Below, in pieces: positions 26,433-39,161 of a stretch of 64,000 nucleotides of DNA. The notes under the pieces were generated by a model that was not told the origin of the DNA, did not search any database, and saw nothing but the letters and a program-made list of their open reading frames with translations. How positions within the stretch are numbered: the stretch's first letter is position 1; the number at the start of each line of letters is the position of its first letter. Both the position numbers and the translations under genes were made by a program. The stretch is from Basidiobolus meristosporus CBS 931.73 (Eukaryota; Fungi; Basidiobolomycota): positions 124,001 to 188,000 of the forward strand of contig MCFE01000002.1 in NCBI GenBank assembly GCA_002104905.1, in the 5' to 3' direction.

Positions 26433-27237
26433 TGTGGTGGTGTAGAGGTACTCCTGGGAGAAGCTACACAACTCAAGGTGTGTGAGGTGTCTGATGGGTG
26501 CAATAACCTCTGTGTCTAAACTGCTGGTGTCTTTGTCAATATGTCACTATGGTAAAAGCTCCTGCTTCTTTAGCTTCCTAGGTGCTCCAAGTGTCTCCAA
26601 AGGCCTCTGTGTGTCTTGTGCACTACCCTGAAAAGCTCCTTGATGGCAGGTCTTAGATGTACTGTTGAAGGCAGGTGCAGTGATCAACTGCTAATCAATA
26701 AGGTAGAAGTGTTACTGATAGAAGGGATGATTTATTGATGAGGGATTGCTTTCCCTTAAATACTTTTCCTGATTGCCAAGTGATTACTAATGACAAGGTT
26801 CTAGAAGATTCTAGGTATCAGTGGAATTCTTGATGACATCACTATGAGCTAAAAATATGCCTAAGAATGCCCTGGAAGGTTCTAAAAGGCACAGCACTCT
26901 CAACCAATCAGGAATCAGTAGTCTGAAACCTGTGCAACATAGAAATACCATATATGGTATTGAAATGGTAGGGATGGTAACACAGACCTAGGTCATGTGT
27001 CACGGGTACTGACGCGGGTACTTGCCTTATATAGATACATCTACTGATCACAAAGCTGAATAACATCTGGGATAACTAATGCTAATAACTAATCAGGGTA
27101 AACATCATATGGGGATAATACTGATAATATGGGCAAAAGAAGAATGGGATAATACTGATAAGATAAAATATGGATAAGTATATCATAATGACTATATGAA
27201 TAAACTTGTCTGTGGGAGGTATGTTTACCCTACCACA
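26433..27237 (-). repeat. Shared central LTR 2 (805 bp)
   Basis: Has a PPT on one side and a PBS on the other, so it acts as the 3' LTR of one unit and the 5' LTR of the next. Confidence 0.93.
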
Positions 27238-27314
27238 TCCACCCCCCACTTGAGCTAAAAGTTTCAGGGAACTTTTTAGCTAACCACTGTAAGTTTGGAG
27301 AACAAAGTGCTCTC

Positions 27315-29172
27315 TCAGTCTTCCTCAATGAAGCCACCTGTCCTTTCTTGAGATAGAAATCTACATGATGTCATTGATCGGATATTGTTTGAGTCCACAC
27401 CACAGAAGGTTGCTGTTAGTCCTGGGCTCTCTGAGTATATAGTATACCATGCTGAACCATCTGGGTAGTTCACTGCAGTTGCTCTTGCTTTTACTTCCCA
27501 TGGTCTTCCAAGAAGTAATTCAAAGTTAGCCTTTGCACAAATGAATACTGGGATCTCATGGGGTATTCCTTCAATGATGAGAGGGAAGCTGTGAATAGTT
27601 CCTAAAAGCTTTGATTGCCCTGAGTTGGCATCCTTCATGCTCCAATTGATATTGGTGTCTATGGGCAATAGGTCTTTGCATGGTAGTTGTTTCCAAGCCT
27701 CCAAAGGCATCACACATATCTCAGATCCACTGTCTATATGACATAGGATTTCTTGATTATGCACAGTTCCTGTAGTTGTTGCAGTTGCCACTGAGTAGTA
27801 GTGTTTCTGGCTTTGATGCAGCTTACTGATATCTTGGCTTCCTTGAACTGTCCTGACCTGGTTGCCTTGAGTTGCTTCAATTGGATGCTTTCTTATTCTG
27901 ATATGCTCATCCAGAGTCTTTCTTACAGATGGTGATACACTGAGTAGCTCTCCAACCTTGATTGATATGTTGCTTCCTAGTATATGACTTGTCAGAGCCT
28001 CTGGGGTACCATTTTGCTTGACTCTAGGCTCCATGTGGTAGTTGTTGGCCTTGGCAGACTCTTGTAAAATTGATGGGGGTGATGCTTTCTTCTCAATCAC
28101 AACTTCTGGCTCACATCTTGGTACTTTTGTTGCTGGGCCTGGATTAGCCATTTTTTCAGGATGGTGTCTCTTTGAAGCATAAATTGAAGCTATATGATCT
28201 TGGGCCTCTCTGGGGTCCTCATAGTCAAAGTTCAGAACTTCAGCTGGATCAAAGTAGTCAGGATCTTCTTCTTCATGGAGGTGAACCTTTCTTGTATGAG
28301 AGGTGACTTGCTTGTAGTGAACTCTCATTCCTCCTTGTCCAAATGCTGTGGATAATTTGTCACCATGCTTACTGACTATGTATCCCTGAGGACTATATAG
28401 GACATCACCTGTGGATAGTAATGACTGAAGCTCTTGGCAATTTCTCTTGGAATGGTTGGCAGAGTCACACCACATGCATGTATATTTGACTTCTTTCTCT
28501 ACTGGCTTCTGACCATATGCTTTGCTGGCAAGTAGCAAAGAGAGTTTCTCTAAGTTGCTGTGTCAGCTCCTGAATTTGAGTGCTTTGATTGCTGGGATTA
28601 AGTATGTCTTGGCTATCTTAGTTTTGTTCTGGGCTTGAAAGAAGCTTTCTGATTGGTGAGGTTTCTTCAGGGGCAAGTAGAATCTGCTTAGCTAACTGAA
28701 ATGCAGGCAGTGAACTCATAGCTTTCACAGTAGGATTGTTTTCAATCCTTCTCACCAGGCCTTCTGGTAGTGCTCTGAGCAGATAGGCAGATAAAGTCAG
28801 ACCAGTGATAATGCCTTGGGCTTTCAGTGACTCTCCAATTTGCTCAAGGCCACTCAAGTATTCTTTCATTGGTAGCAGCTTAAACTTGCTATAAGCAAAG
28901 TTCTCCAAGTCTTGAAGTGTGTAATCAACTTGTCTCTCTCCATATTCATCAATCAAGTAGCTCTTCAAGAGGGTCCAATTTGTCAGCAGGTCATTTCTTT
29001 CACTATAATGAGAGCATGATCTCATCAGTGCTGTAGGGGGGCATCTCTTCAGCCATAATGGCCTCAGGTATTTTGTGGGCTCTGCAGAAAAGCTCCCACC
29101 TCCTGATGAAAGCTTTGACTTTAGTTCCATCAAAGAAAGGGGTTCCTTGCATTCCTGGTAAAGGTAGATCCA
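27315..29172 (-). pseudogene. Second Gag-protease copy, inactivated
   Basis: Nearly identical to unit 1 but with indels near 29000 and 28551 and CAA>TAA at ~28618. Confidence 0.9.
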
Positions 29173-29247
29173 TGGTCTTGATAATTTGTTCTTTCTTAAG
29201 TCTTCTAGGGGCAGTTCAGTCAAACCCCCCATGTTGGATGCCAAATA

Positions 29248-30051
29248 TGTGGTGGTGTAGAGGTACTCCTGGGAGAAGCTATACAACTCAAGGTGTGTGA
29301 GGTGTCTGATGGGTGCAATAACCTCTGTGTCTAAACTGCTGGTGTCTTTGTCAATATGTCACTATGGTAAAAGCTCCTGCTTCTCTAGCTTCCTAGGTGC
29401 TCCAAGTGTCTCCAAAGGCCTCTGTGTGTCTTGTGCACTACCCTGAAAAGCTCCTTGATGGCAGGTCTGAGATGTACTGTTGAAGGCAGGTGCAGTGATC
29501 AACTGCTAATCAATAAGGTAGAAGTGTTACTGACAGAAGGGATGATTTATTGATAAGGGATTGCTTTTCCTTAAATACTTTTCCTGATTGCCAAGTGATC
29601 ACTAATGACAAAGTTCTGGAAGTTTCTAGGTATCAGTGGAATTCTTGATGACATCACTCTGAGCTAAAAATATGCCAAGAATGTCCTGGAAGGTTCTAAA
29701 AGGCACAGCACTCTCAACCAATCAGGAATCAGTAGTCTGAAACCTGTGCAACATAGAAATACCATTTATGGTATTGAAATGGTAGGGATGGTAACACAGA
29801 CCTAGGTCATGTGTCACGGGTACTGACGCAGGTACTTGCCTTATATAGATACATCTACTGATCACAAAGCTGAATAACATCTGGGATAACTAATGCTAAT
29901 AACTAATCAGGGTAAACATCATATGGGGATAATACTGATAATATGGGCAAAAGAAGAATGTGATAATACTGATAAGACAAAATATGGATAAGTATATCAT
30001 AATGACTATATGAATAAACTTGTCTGTGGGAGGTATGTTTACCCTACCACA
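29248..30051 (-). repeat. LTR 3 of the array (804 bp)
   Basis: Same termini and sequence as LTRs 1 and 2, with a few more substitutions. Confidence 0.93.
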
Positions 30052-30282
30052 GCGCGGGTACTTGCCTAATATAGAACCACTTACCAATAGTAATCTTACA
30101 TACAGTGAGGGATAACTTATGCAATAAGCTAAGAAGGTGTGATAGTCAACCGGCTTATGGGATAGTACTGATCAGGTAAGACAAATGGGATAAAACTAAA
30201 ATCAATGTAGTAGAGATATAGGGAAGTAGAAAATATGGGAATGAGCACATCTGTCAGTGGGTGTCACTGTGACCCCACTACA
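30052..30282 (-). repeat. Fragment of a related but distinct LTR
   Basis: Starts GCGCGGGTACTTGCCTAATATAGA, similar to GACGCGGGTACTTGCCTTATATAGA in the array LTR, and ends ACCCCACTACA (TG start on the minus strand). Confidence 0.6.
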
Positions 30283-30673
30283 ATGGTAGCATTATACAGA
30301 ACCAGCAGTAGGCCATCATACTGCCAATATAATGCCATTAGAATCTTGCTGTGAGGTCATCATAATACCATCCAGTTTCTTGCCATATAAGGCAATTGGA
30401 TGTCCTGGCAAACTGGATCCACTTAAAATAATTATAGAGCCCTAAAAGACCGCAAAAATACCATGCAAATATCATCACAGCACCAATAAAATATTGATAA
30501 GTTTTATCCCTTTATTTGGTTGTAAATTAGCAAAACACCTTCATGATCCTGTCATAAGATTGTTATGAGGGTCACTAATTCCAAGCTACTGGTATTATGA
30601 TGGTCTCTAAACAGGATCTTGATGGCGGTTCCGGATTGGATCCACCTGCTGGACCAAACTATTACTCATAGGG
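30283..30673. mobile_element. CACTA transposase-side end (subterminal block plus TIR)
   Basis: Reverse complement reads CCCTATGAGTAATAGTTTGGTCCAGCAGGTGGATCC, matching the ends at 17894, 45607 and 55274. Confidence 0.8.
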
Positions 30674-33600
30674 CTTATCTCATTGTGTGTTGGGATTTTG
30701 CTGGGCTCTTGCAGGGTACTGTTGTTAGGGGAGATGGGCTCATAATCCATCAGCAAGCCTTCCTCTTCAGAGCTATTAATCAGCATGCCATATTTGGAAG
30801 GTGAGCCTAAAGGTGTCACAAACTCACCTGACACAGTTTGTCCAAGGTGACAAGTACAGCTAGGTGCCATTATAGAAGTATCAGATGGCCAGTAAGAAAT
30901 TGTTAGTACTGTAGTTACCAATGAATAGTCAAATATTACTTGTGTGGCAAAACACTGGCCATGATCCTTGTGCTACTTGCTACATTGTCTACATGCTGCG
31001 TGGCTGAGAAGTTTTCTACAATAGCCACACGGTCTTTCTTCTCTTCTCTTATGAGGCTGAATCAAAGTAGTCTTCTCCATGAGGCAACAGTTTAACACCC
31101 AACAACACAACACTCCCTATGAAAAATCTCAAGCTTGGAATTCATCTGATTCTCAGCTGATATTCTGCTGGTATGCTAATGGTATTTTGCTGATATTTGG
31201 CTGGTGTTTTTGGCTCAAAATCTCAGATGCAATTTTTGATGGAAGTAATGGGCAGCTAATTACCAAATACAGTATGGATGCAAGTTGGCCTAGTCTCCTC
31301 CTGAAGAACTTGTTTGCTTGCACTCACATTGGTTAACAACAGAGATATTGGAAGTTGTCAATTTTGAGAAACTTGGAATTCAGCAGATACTATGATGACA
31401 TTTTGCTGGTCCTTTCTTAATTTTTTTTCTTAGGTACAATTATGTCACATTTTTGTCAATACTCATGAATTAAAGACAGTTTTGTCTTTGAGGCATTGCA
31501 CCTACATGAATGTAAAATTCAGTGATGACCTGCCATAGAAAGAATTATAAATGAGGTTATGGCACTACATACACATGGATATGTACACTATTTCACTTTG
31601 GTTTCACTCACTTCCATATTTATGGTGCCAAAAAATAAAGCAAAGTTGTCTGGTTCTCAACCAAACCCCATAGTTGACAGTAGCAGAAGAACAGCTAGAC
31701 AGTAGCTTGCTATGACATTCAGTATAACAACCAGGGCTACATCCAAAAAAGGCTGTGTTAACAGCTCACCCACTGAAGGTAGTAATGCAGACCCCTCAGG
31801 CCCTCAGTCAAGCAGGCAAATGAGAGTCTCTGTGGAGCTGCAAGCTGTCCATAATGCTCAGGCAGATGAAATGTAATATGTGCAGTACCTTTGGTTGAAG
31901 ACCAGCAAGTGGCTGTCATAACATCACCCGCATCTGTACTAATAAGTATGTTGTCAACTCACACAAAAGCATTTATGATGCAATTACATATAGTGGCAGA
32001 TAACATTGATGCAATGGCCCAGAGAGACCAGAAAATAGCTCAGAAGCAGGATGAGCAGATATCACATACAGAGCTATCAATATCCCAGGTAGAGAACAAA
32101 GTATGTTTACTGCAAAGATGGAATTCAAATAGTTCAATGTTACAGCCAAGAATTGAGCTGTTTCCCAATGTAAAACCAGAGGAGCACCATACAGTCTTTT
32201 AGGCACAACAACAGTGCTCAAAGATTAAACCTACAGAAAAACCTACTGCAACATGGGATGGGGAAACTGTGGTGTGTATGCCCAAGCCTAAAAGTCAAGA
32301 GACATTGAAAATGTATGAAGTTGCTAGGTGCAATGATGAAGCAAGGGCTAATATTTAAGAGATTGTCAGAGGTCTAGCATGGGATCATCTAAAGGCCAGC
32401 ATACCATGGGTCCATCAGGACTCAAGGCCACACTGATTGCGCTTGACCTGGTAAATGAGCATTATCCTGGACTCAAGTAGGCAAATAGAGTTTAAGCCAG
32501 CATGGGTATGCTACAAAAGCATTGCAAGAGTAGATGAATATTTCAAAGGTGGAAGTGCAAGGGTGCCATGGCTAAAAGCTTGTGGCTTCCTCAAGAGCTT
32601 GTCAAAAGCCAGGCTAAAGCTCCAAACAAGTGGCAAAGAAACAATAGGTAGCCAGAAGAGTGCTAGTAAGGGACAGAGAAGCAGTAACAGATTCATCAGT
32701 GTAGCATTTATCAAGGAGAAAACAGAGTTCAATACTAGAAGCACTTGGTCATTGTAGCAGCAAAGGACTTGACAGTGATAAAAGCCAGCAGATTTCACAG
32801 GAGCCCATCTTAAGCAGGGCTGATAGTTCCAAGTAAGCAGCAAACAAGTGTCAGGTTGCAGGGAGAGTGCCAGCTGTCAATAAGCAGGCAATTGCAGATC
32901 CACAAGTGCAGCATTCATCAGGCAGAAGACAGCGTACAACACAACAAGCATTCAGTCAAAGCAGCAGTGAACAACCTGGCAGTGATAAAGGTAAAGGTAA
33001 AGAGAAAGAGGTCTAAACAAGTCAGAGACAAGGAAGCATGAGAAAGAAGCTGCAGCTCTCACCAACAAATGCTGTCAGCCTATAAGAGGTGGAGTCCCAT
33101 CATTGCTAAGAAGAATTACCAACAAGACAGCTGCTGTTTTCTCAGGAGTTGAAAGTGCAGCTGGTTGAGCTACTCTCCAGGGATATAGGTGAGCATGCAG
33201 AGAAAAGCAGTTTGTCTACTACTGCCCCCATGTCCCCCATTGTAGACAGAGTGGAGATCCCAGTGAAAGACAAAGCAACATCATCAAGAACTCAAAAGAC
33301 TATCACAATGCCTACAGGGGAATTTGGAACATCAAGAGATTGCAGCACTTCTTCAAGAGCAGTGCTCAAGAAAATGCACTTGAATATTACATAGAGCTAT
33401 TGCAAGGAGTGGCAGATGAGGTGCTAGACCTTGCAGTGCTGGCTGAAGACCAGGACATATGGGAACCAGTGAAAAAAATGTGCCATCAAGCCAGAGTGTT
33501 CCCACCAGAGTCATGGAAAAAGGGTGTTACAGTAGAAATACTGCTTGTATGGTGAATTTTGATGGAGTAACTTGTTGAGTGTGGGGTTAGACATAATGTT

Positions 33601-33999
33601 AGTGCTTGGTATAGGAACCTGCTTAGGTCAATACAATTGGCAATTGAGTTACAACAAAAGTTTCTATGGAAACAAATCAATACATATGAGTGAAAAGTAC
33701 AAGAATTGGTTGACTCAGGAAGCAAGGAGTGTGAAAAAGAGGCAATAGCCAGTCAATGTACACAAATGCTGGAGGCAATTGAGTGTCTGGGATCCAAAAG
33801 TGAGAGAATTAGCAGAGAACCAATCAAAAGTTGCTTATGTATTGTTTTAATGATAACTTGGGACCAGGTTTTTTGTGAAATCTGGGATGCAATTGTTCTT
33901 CAACAGTCTTTGTACAGTGTCCAGACAGGATCAATAGTCATAGGACTATAAATTTGTGATGGCCTTGTGATGGGATCATCACAATTATTTTTCATAGGG
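30674..33999. mobile_element. CACTA fragment: transposase N-terminus (minus), divergent ORF2 (plus), ORF2-side TIR
   Basis: Same head-to-head junction as at 53 kb and 62.7 kb. Ends ...TTATTTTTCATAGGG. Confidence 0.75.
31115..31435. mobile_element. Possible ~320-bp MITE with CACTA-type TIRs
   Basis: Insertion absent from the other CACTA copies. Ends CCCTATGAAAAA and TTTTTCTTAGGT. No clean TSD. Confidence 0.4.
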
Positions 34000-34086
34000 A
34001 ATCATCAAGAGCCTGGAATTGCAAGATAGACCTTTACTTGGAATCTATGAGTTTCCTAAGGAGCACTGCTGATAATAGTATATATT

Positions 34087-34115
34087 AGACTTGTTCCGTT
34101 GGATAGTGCCACATT
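34087..34115. repeat. Isolated PHIS terminal fragment
   Basis: ATT|AGACTTGTTCCGTTGGATAGTGCCACA matches the transposase-side end of the PHIS family. Confidence 0.7.
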
Positions 34116-35137
34116 GAGCCATGAGGGAAAATGTCTACTTAGGCCTGAGACAGGAAAGCTTACCAAAAAACTGCAGTCCTTGCCAATTAACACTGTGAGC
34201 CTGGAACAGACTGAATATCATCATTTGCCAAGAAAATTACCAACAAGAAAGCAGCTGCTTTCACAAGAGTTGGAAGTGCAGGCAGCTAAGCTACAATCCA
34301 GCAAGGTAGACAAGCTTGCAGAGAAAGGCAATCTGTCTACCGCAGTCTCTGTGTCCTCAATTGTTGACAGAGTGGGGACCCCAATGACAGACAAGGCTAC
34401 AATTTCAAGAACTCAAAAGCCTATCACATCACCTTTGGCAGAATTTTGGAACATTAATAGGCATACCAAGAGGTTGCAGCACTTCTTCAAGAGCAGTGCT
34501 CAAGAAAAAGAACTCAAATATTACAAGTATATATTGCAAAAACCAGCAGGTGAGGTGCTTGACCTTCCAGTACCGGCTGAACATCAGGATGTGTGGGAAT
34601 CAGTGAATGAACAATGGCACAAAGCCGGTGGGTTTCTGCCAGAGCTATAGAAGTAGAGCATTACCGCAGAAATTCATATGAGTAATGGATTTTACTGGAG
34701 TTTCTTGTTGATTGTTGTGTTAGGCTTAGTGTTAGTATAGGTTAGAGGGACTTGTAAAGGACAATACAATTGGAAATTGAGTAACAACTCAAGTTTCAAT
34801 GGAAATAGATCAATTTAAACTCATAAAAAGTAAGAGAAAGGTTGAGTCAGGAAGTAAGGAGTGTGAAAAGTGGCAGTTGCCTATCAATATACACAAACAT
34901 AGGAGGTGGGTGAGTGTCAGGGATCAGAGAGTGAGCAAATTGACATCAAACCAATGAAAAGTCACTAGTATATTGTTGAGATCAAAAATTTTGACTAAAT
35001 ATTTTGTTAAATTTGGGGCGCAATTATTTTTCAATGACCTCTGGATAGTGTCCTGGTGGGATCAGTACTTCATAGTTGCAGGACTTCAAATTTGTGACAG
35101 TCTTTTGATGGGATCATTGCAATAATTTTTTGTAGGG
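34116..35137 (+). mobile_element. CACTA ORF2 3' part plus ORF2-side TIR, additional copy
   Basis: Repeats 33000-33999 with divergence and ends ATAATTTTTTGTAGGG. Confidence 0.75.
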
Positions 35138-36945
35138 TAACTGAGTCAGGGGAGTATGTAATGCCTTTAGTCTCACCTCAGCCTTCTAAATATGGCATGC
35201 AAACTGATAGCTTTGACAAAGTATGCTCAATGATGGATTGTGAGTCAATCTCTTTTAACAACAGTACAAAGCATGAGCCTGGACAAGTCCCAATATACAA
35301 TAGGACAACACCCATTGAAACAAATACCAAGTATACTTTACGGAGCCAAGTGAGCCCAGTAATGCATCTATTGGTGAACACTGTAATGATATGGCTAGAG
35401 AAGTGGCACCTTTCAACTGATATCAGTAATGGGTGCATTGAGGATTTACTACTACTTCTTGCCAAAATTGTTCCAGGATGCAACTTACCATATATGTGGT
35501 ACAAGTGGACAACTGTCATATGGCTGGCAGCATATGACCCAGAGACTGTCCTGATTCCAGCATGTGTTAACAGTTGCATGGCATTTGATCCAAAAATGCC
35601 AACATTGCAATGTGTCCAAGTTGTCAGGAATCAAGCATCATTGAGGGAAAGTATTGTGTACACTCCAGATATATTCTGGTAATACCCTGTCTAAAGAAGC
35701 TGATGCAGTCAAACAAATATTGTGAAGCAATAAAGTACTGCCTTCTGTATCAATCAAGCACAATCATGTCAGATATAAATTGTGGCAAACATTATAAACA
35801 GCCAAGAACAAATCTGATGGTAGACTCACTGGCATCTGAGCCTTAATCACTCTCCAACCTGGATAGCCACCTGTATCCATTGCTGAATGGATTTTGTTTG
35901 CTTTACAGCAGGATAACAGTAAATAGCCGTCATGTTAAAAGTGCATATTATTATGTGTGTTGGAGATATCCCAGCTGTCAGCAAGTTAGCTGGCTCCTCT
36001 AGGCACATTGAATGGTTTTGCTTTCAAATATTTGAGATCTAGGGGATATACTCATGAGCTTACACACTTTATTATTATCCAAATGCCAACAGTAAGAACA
36101 TTGTCTTTCCACAGAGTGAATGTACAAAAAACAGCATGCAATTGCAGCAAAGTTGGCAAGCTATTAGCCATTAGCCCAAGTATGGAATCAATTGGAAACC
36201 ACAGATACATAAGAAAGAGGGTATCTGTTGGAGCAAAATCTCTCCACTGGGAATAATGCATTGGCTTCGCAACAATATCCCTATACTGATGACCAAGTTA
36301 TACATGGAACATTTCAAGCTAAATAAGCTTTCCAGATACCAGAGAAATTTGAAAGATTTGGCAAGATAACACATAGTATATGCTGTGCTAAGTATTGATC
36401 ATGGGCTTCAATTAATATCCATACACATATGCAACAATAAAATGCAAAGACTGCATGAACTAGATATGTAGTTATTTGACAGGCATTCTGAAGCCATTCC
36501 TACCAAGAGTACATTTGAAGCATTGGGAGTCTTATGTGGATATTGTAGCAATATTTATCCATTAGTGGATCACCAATGCCAACTTGACTCATCTACATCT
36601 GTTGTTTGATGAGTTTGTATTGGGATTTGAGCGGCTATACTACAAACATAAGGCTAAACACGTAGATATCTGCCGCTATTCTATCCACTCTCTACTCCAT
36701 CTTGCACAGTGTGTGGAGAATATTGGGCCTTGCTTCACCATTTGGGAGCTTTCTATGGAGCAGATGTGTGGGGACATAGGAAGGCAAGTCAAGTCACAGG
36801 TACTACCATATCCCAATATCATCAGGAATATTACCTCCAAGTCCATCATGTGTGTGATGAGTTGGCACAGAAAGGACAGCCAGGAAGAGTTGGAAAATAC
36901 TGCAGACAGATGTGCACATTAAGACCCCTATACCTTTGGCATTAA
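35138..36945 (+). pseudogene. CACTA Tnp2 transposase, degenerate and internally deleted
   Basis: ETVLIPACVNSCMAF...CPSC and FDEFVLGFERLYY...SIHSLLHLAQCVENIGPCFTIWELSMEQMCGDIGRQVKSQVLPYPNI. Confidence 0.8.
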
Positions 36946-38216
36946 AAGGCCAAGTAGGTCCAATTTGTGGGTAACCAGTTAAGTAATGCAAAGTTGAGTT
37001 GGGTGCAACAAGCAACTGGTCTTAGCAGGACATCTTTACATAGGCACCAATGTACTTGAGAACAGACTACAGTATTACATGGCAATATGCCAGGGGTCAG
37101 CTTACCATGTACCAGGTCATGTGACATCAACTATCATATAGGGCACTCAACTATTTGAATTCCAATGGGAACCTTCCATTAATATTCCGTTGAGTATGTT
37201 GACCTGAAGCTTTCAAGAAGCTGGTCCCTACAAACACCTGGCATATTTTGTTCTAATCAGATTTAGCTGCTTGTTGCATCCAGCCCATCTTTGTATTACC
37301 TATCTGATTACTCATACATCTGTGCTACATAGCTTCTTAATGCCAAGGCATAAGTATCTTCATGGGTACATCTATACTCAATATTCTCCTACTATTCCTG
37401 GCTGTACTCTTTGGGATAACTCATCACATATATGATGGACCTGAAGGTACTATTCTTGATGAGATTGGGATATGGTGGTGTTTGCAACTTGCCTTATCTT
37501 CTTATTTCCTCACATATCTGCTCCATAAGAAACTCCCTAAAGGTGAAGCAAGGCTCAATACTCTCTATGCTGCAACTTGATAAGTGATTTGGATATAATG
37601 AAGTTATCAAGAAATATTGATTAAAGTTGAACTGTTATGCATTCATAAGAAGAGCCAGTTTTTATACCTTTGTAGAAGTAAGACAGCTGTAACACTAAAT
37701 AAGGAGGGTTTCTTAACATTCAGCAGCATTCTTTAACAGTTTCAGGGTTAGTACAGATTGTTTGGTAAAAAGTGTTAATTTGATCTTGACTGTAGGGGAG
37801 TAATCATAGGATCATAGATCTGAAGAAGCTTGCAAATTTGGGGCTATAAATTGGTCCTACAGTGACCAAGACTAGTCTAGGACTGATAAGTAAGCTTTTA
37901 GCCGCTAAATGATACCAAATAGTCCAGTATTTTGACACTCTGCACACCAAGCAAGATGTACTAGAGAGTGAATGCGGTAGTGGCAGAGATCTAAGCATTG
38001 AGCTTGATGCTTGCAATAGCCGCCCAAATTCCAGCAAACACTCTTTACAAAAGCTATAGATGCATCAAGTCGGCATTACTAATCTGTATCTGGAAAAATA
38101 CTCCTACAATGCTGGCAAATGATTCCTAATGCCTCCAATGTACTCCATTTATAAGTTGCTTTAGAAGGACACTCTAATAAGTACTTATCCAGTTCATCTA
38201 GTTCTTACATTGGTAT

Positions 38217-38234
38217 TATATATATATATATATA
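38217..38234. repeat. (TA)9 microsatellite
   Basis: Directly visible. Confidence 0.9.
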
Positions 38235-39161
38235 TGAATACTGATTGGAGCTTGCAAGATATAAACTTGGAAGCAAAAACTGTCTGATATTTTGCCAACT
38301 ACTTCAGGTATCTCTGGTTTCTGAGAGGGCTCACTTTGCTTGGAAAGCCACATGCGCAACTTGGTCATAGTACACAGATACTGTTAAAGAGCTGGTGCAT
38401 TACTCTCAGTGGCTATTTATGCCCCATAACATTCTCTCTACCATAGGTATCTCTTGCTTTGAATTAGTTTTGCTTACTGGGTGGTGACTAATAGCTTGCC
38501 AGCTTTGCTGTAGTTGCATGCAGACATATGTACAGTCAATCAGGGGAAAGATAATATGCTTGGTATAGGTATTTAGATAATGCTAATATGTGTGTGTTAT
38601 GCAGTAGATCCCCAGGATCTCACACATTTGACAGCTATACCATCCATGATGCCCAGAAGAGCTAGCTATCTTACTGATGACTGGGGTATCTCCAATGCAG
38701 ATAGTAATACACACTTTGATAGTAGAGACATATAGTTGTTATGATCTGCCGCTTGAATGTTTAAGTTAGATCAGTTTTTAGTCAAATCAATTAGTATATG
38801 TTTAGGTTATCAGTATATCAGTATTATCTATGAAATCAGTAGCATTAGTCAGCAAATGAATCAGCAGATCCTTATCAGACAGAAATAGATATACTAAGTA
38901 GGATCTTATTAGGTGATGATGATGCAATCAAATGAGTCATCAGCCACAACCTACGTTAGGAAATACAATTAGTCAGCAATTGATCTAGCAAAATGTATAT
39001 AAGGAGCTGCTGGAACCTCAATAAAAATCAGTTCAAGTTTTAGTGAATACAATACTAGCTAAACTCCCTATTCCTCTACAACTCTTATACCAGACTTGTA
39101 ACATTGGTAGCAGCAATAACCAGAAACCTCCCTCCTGAAGAAAGAAGAAACCACCCTCAAG

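Larger units (their letters stand above)
23620..30051 (-). mobile_element. Head-to-tail array of a non-autonomous gag+protease LTR retrotransposon (LTR-unit-LTR-unit-LTR)
   Basis: Three near-identical ~804-bp LTRs with periods of 2813 and 2815 bp. Each unit has PBS, gag-PR ORF and PPT. No RT, RNase H or integrase sequence is present. Confidence 0.93.

Noticed and set aside
17894-37000. A palindromic CACTA architecture with a transposase gene in both arms
   Set aside because: Where ORF2 is followed by a co-oriented transposase, a true TIR lies at the junction (19740, 35137). These are self-nested insertions, not a native design.
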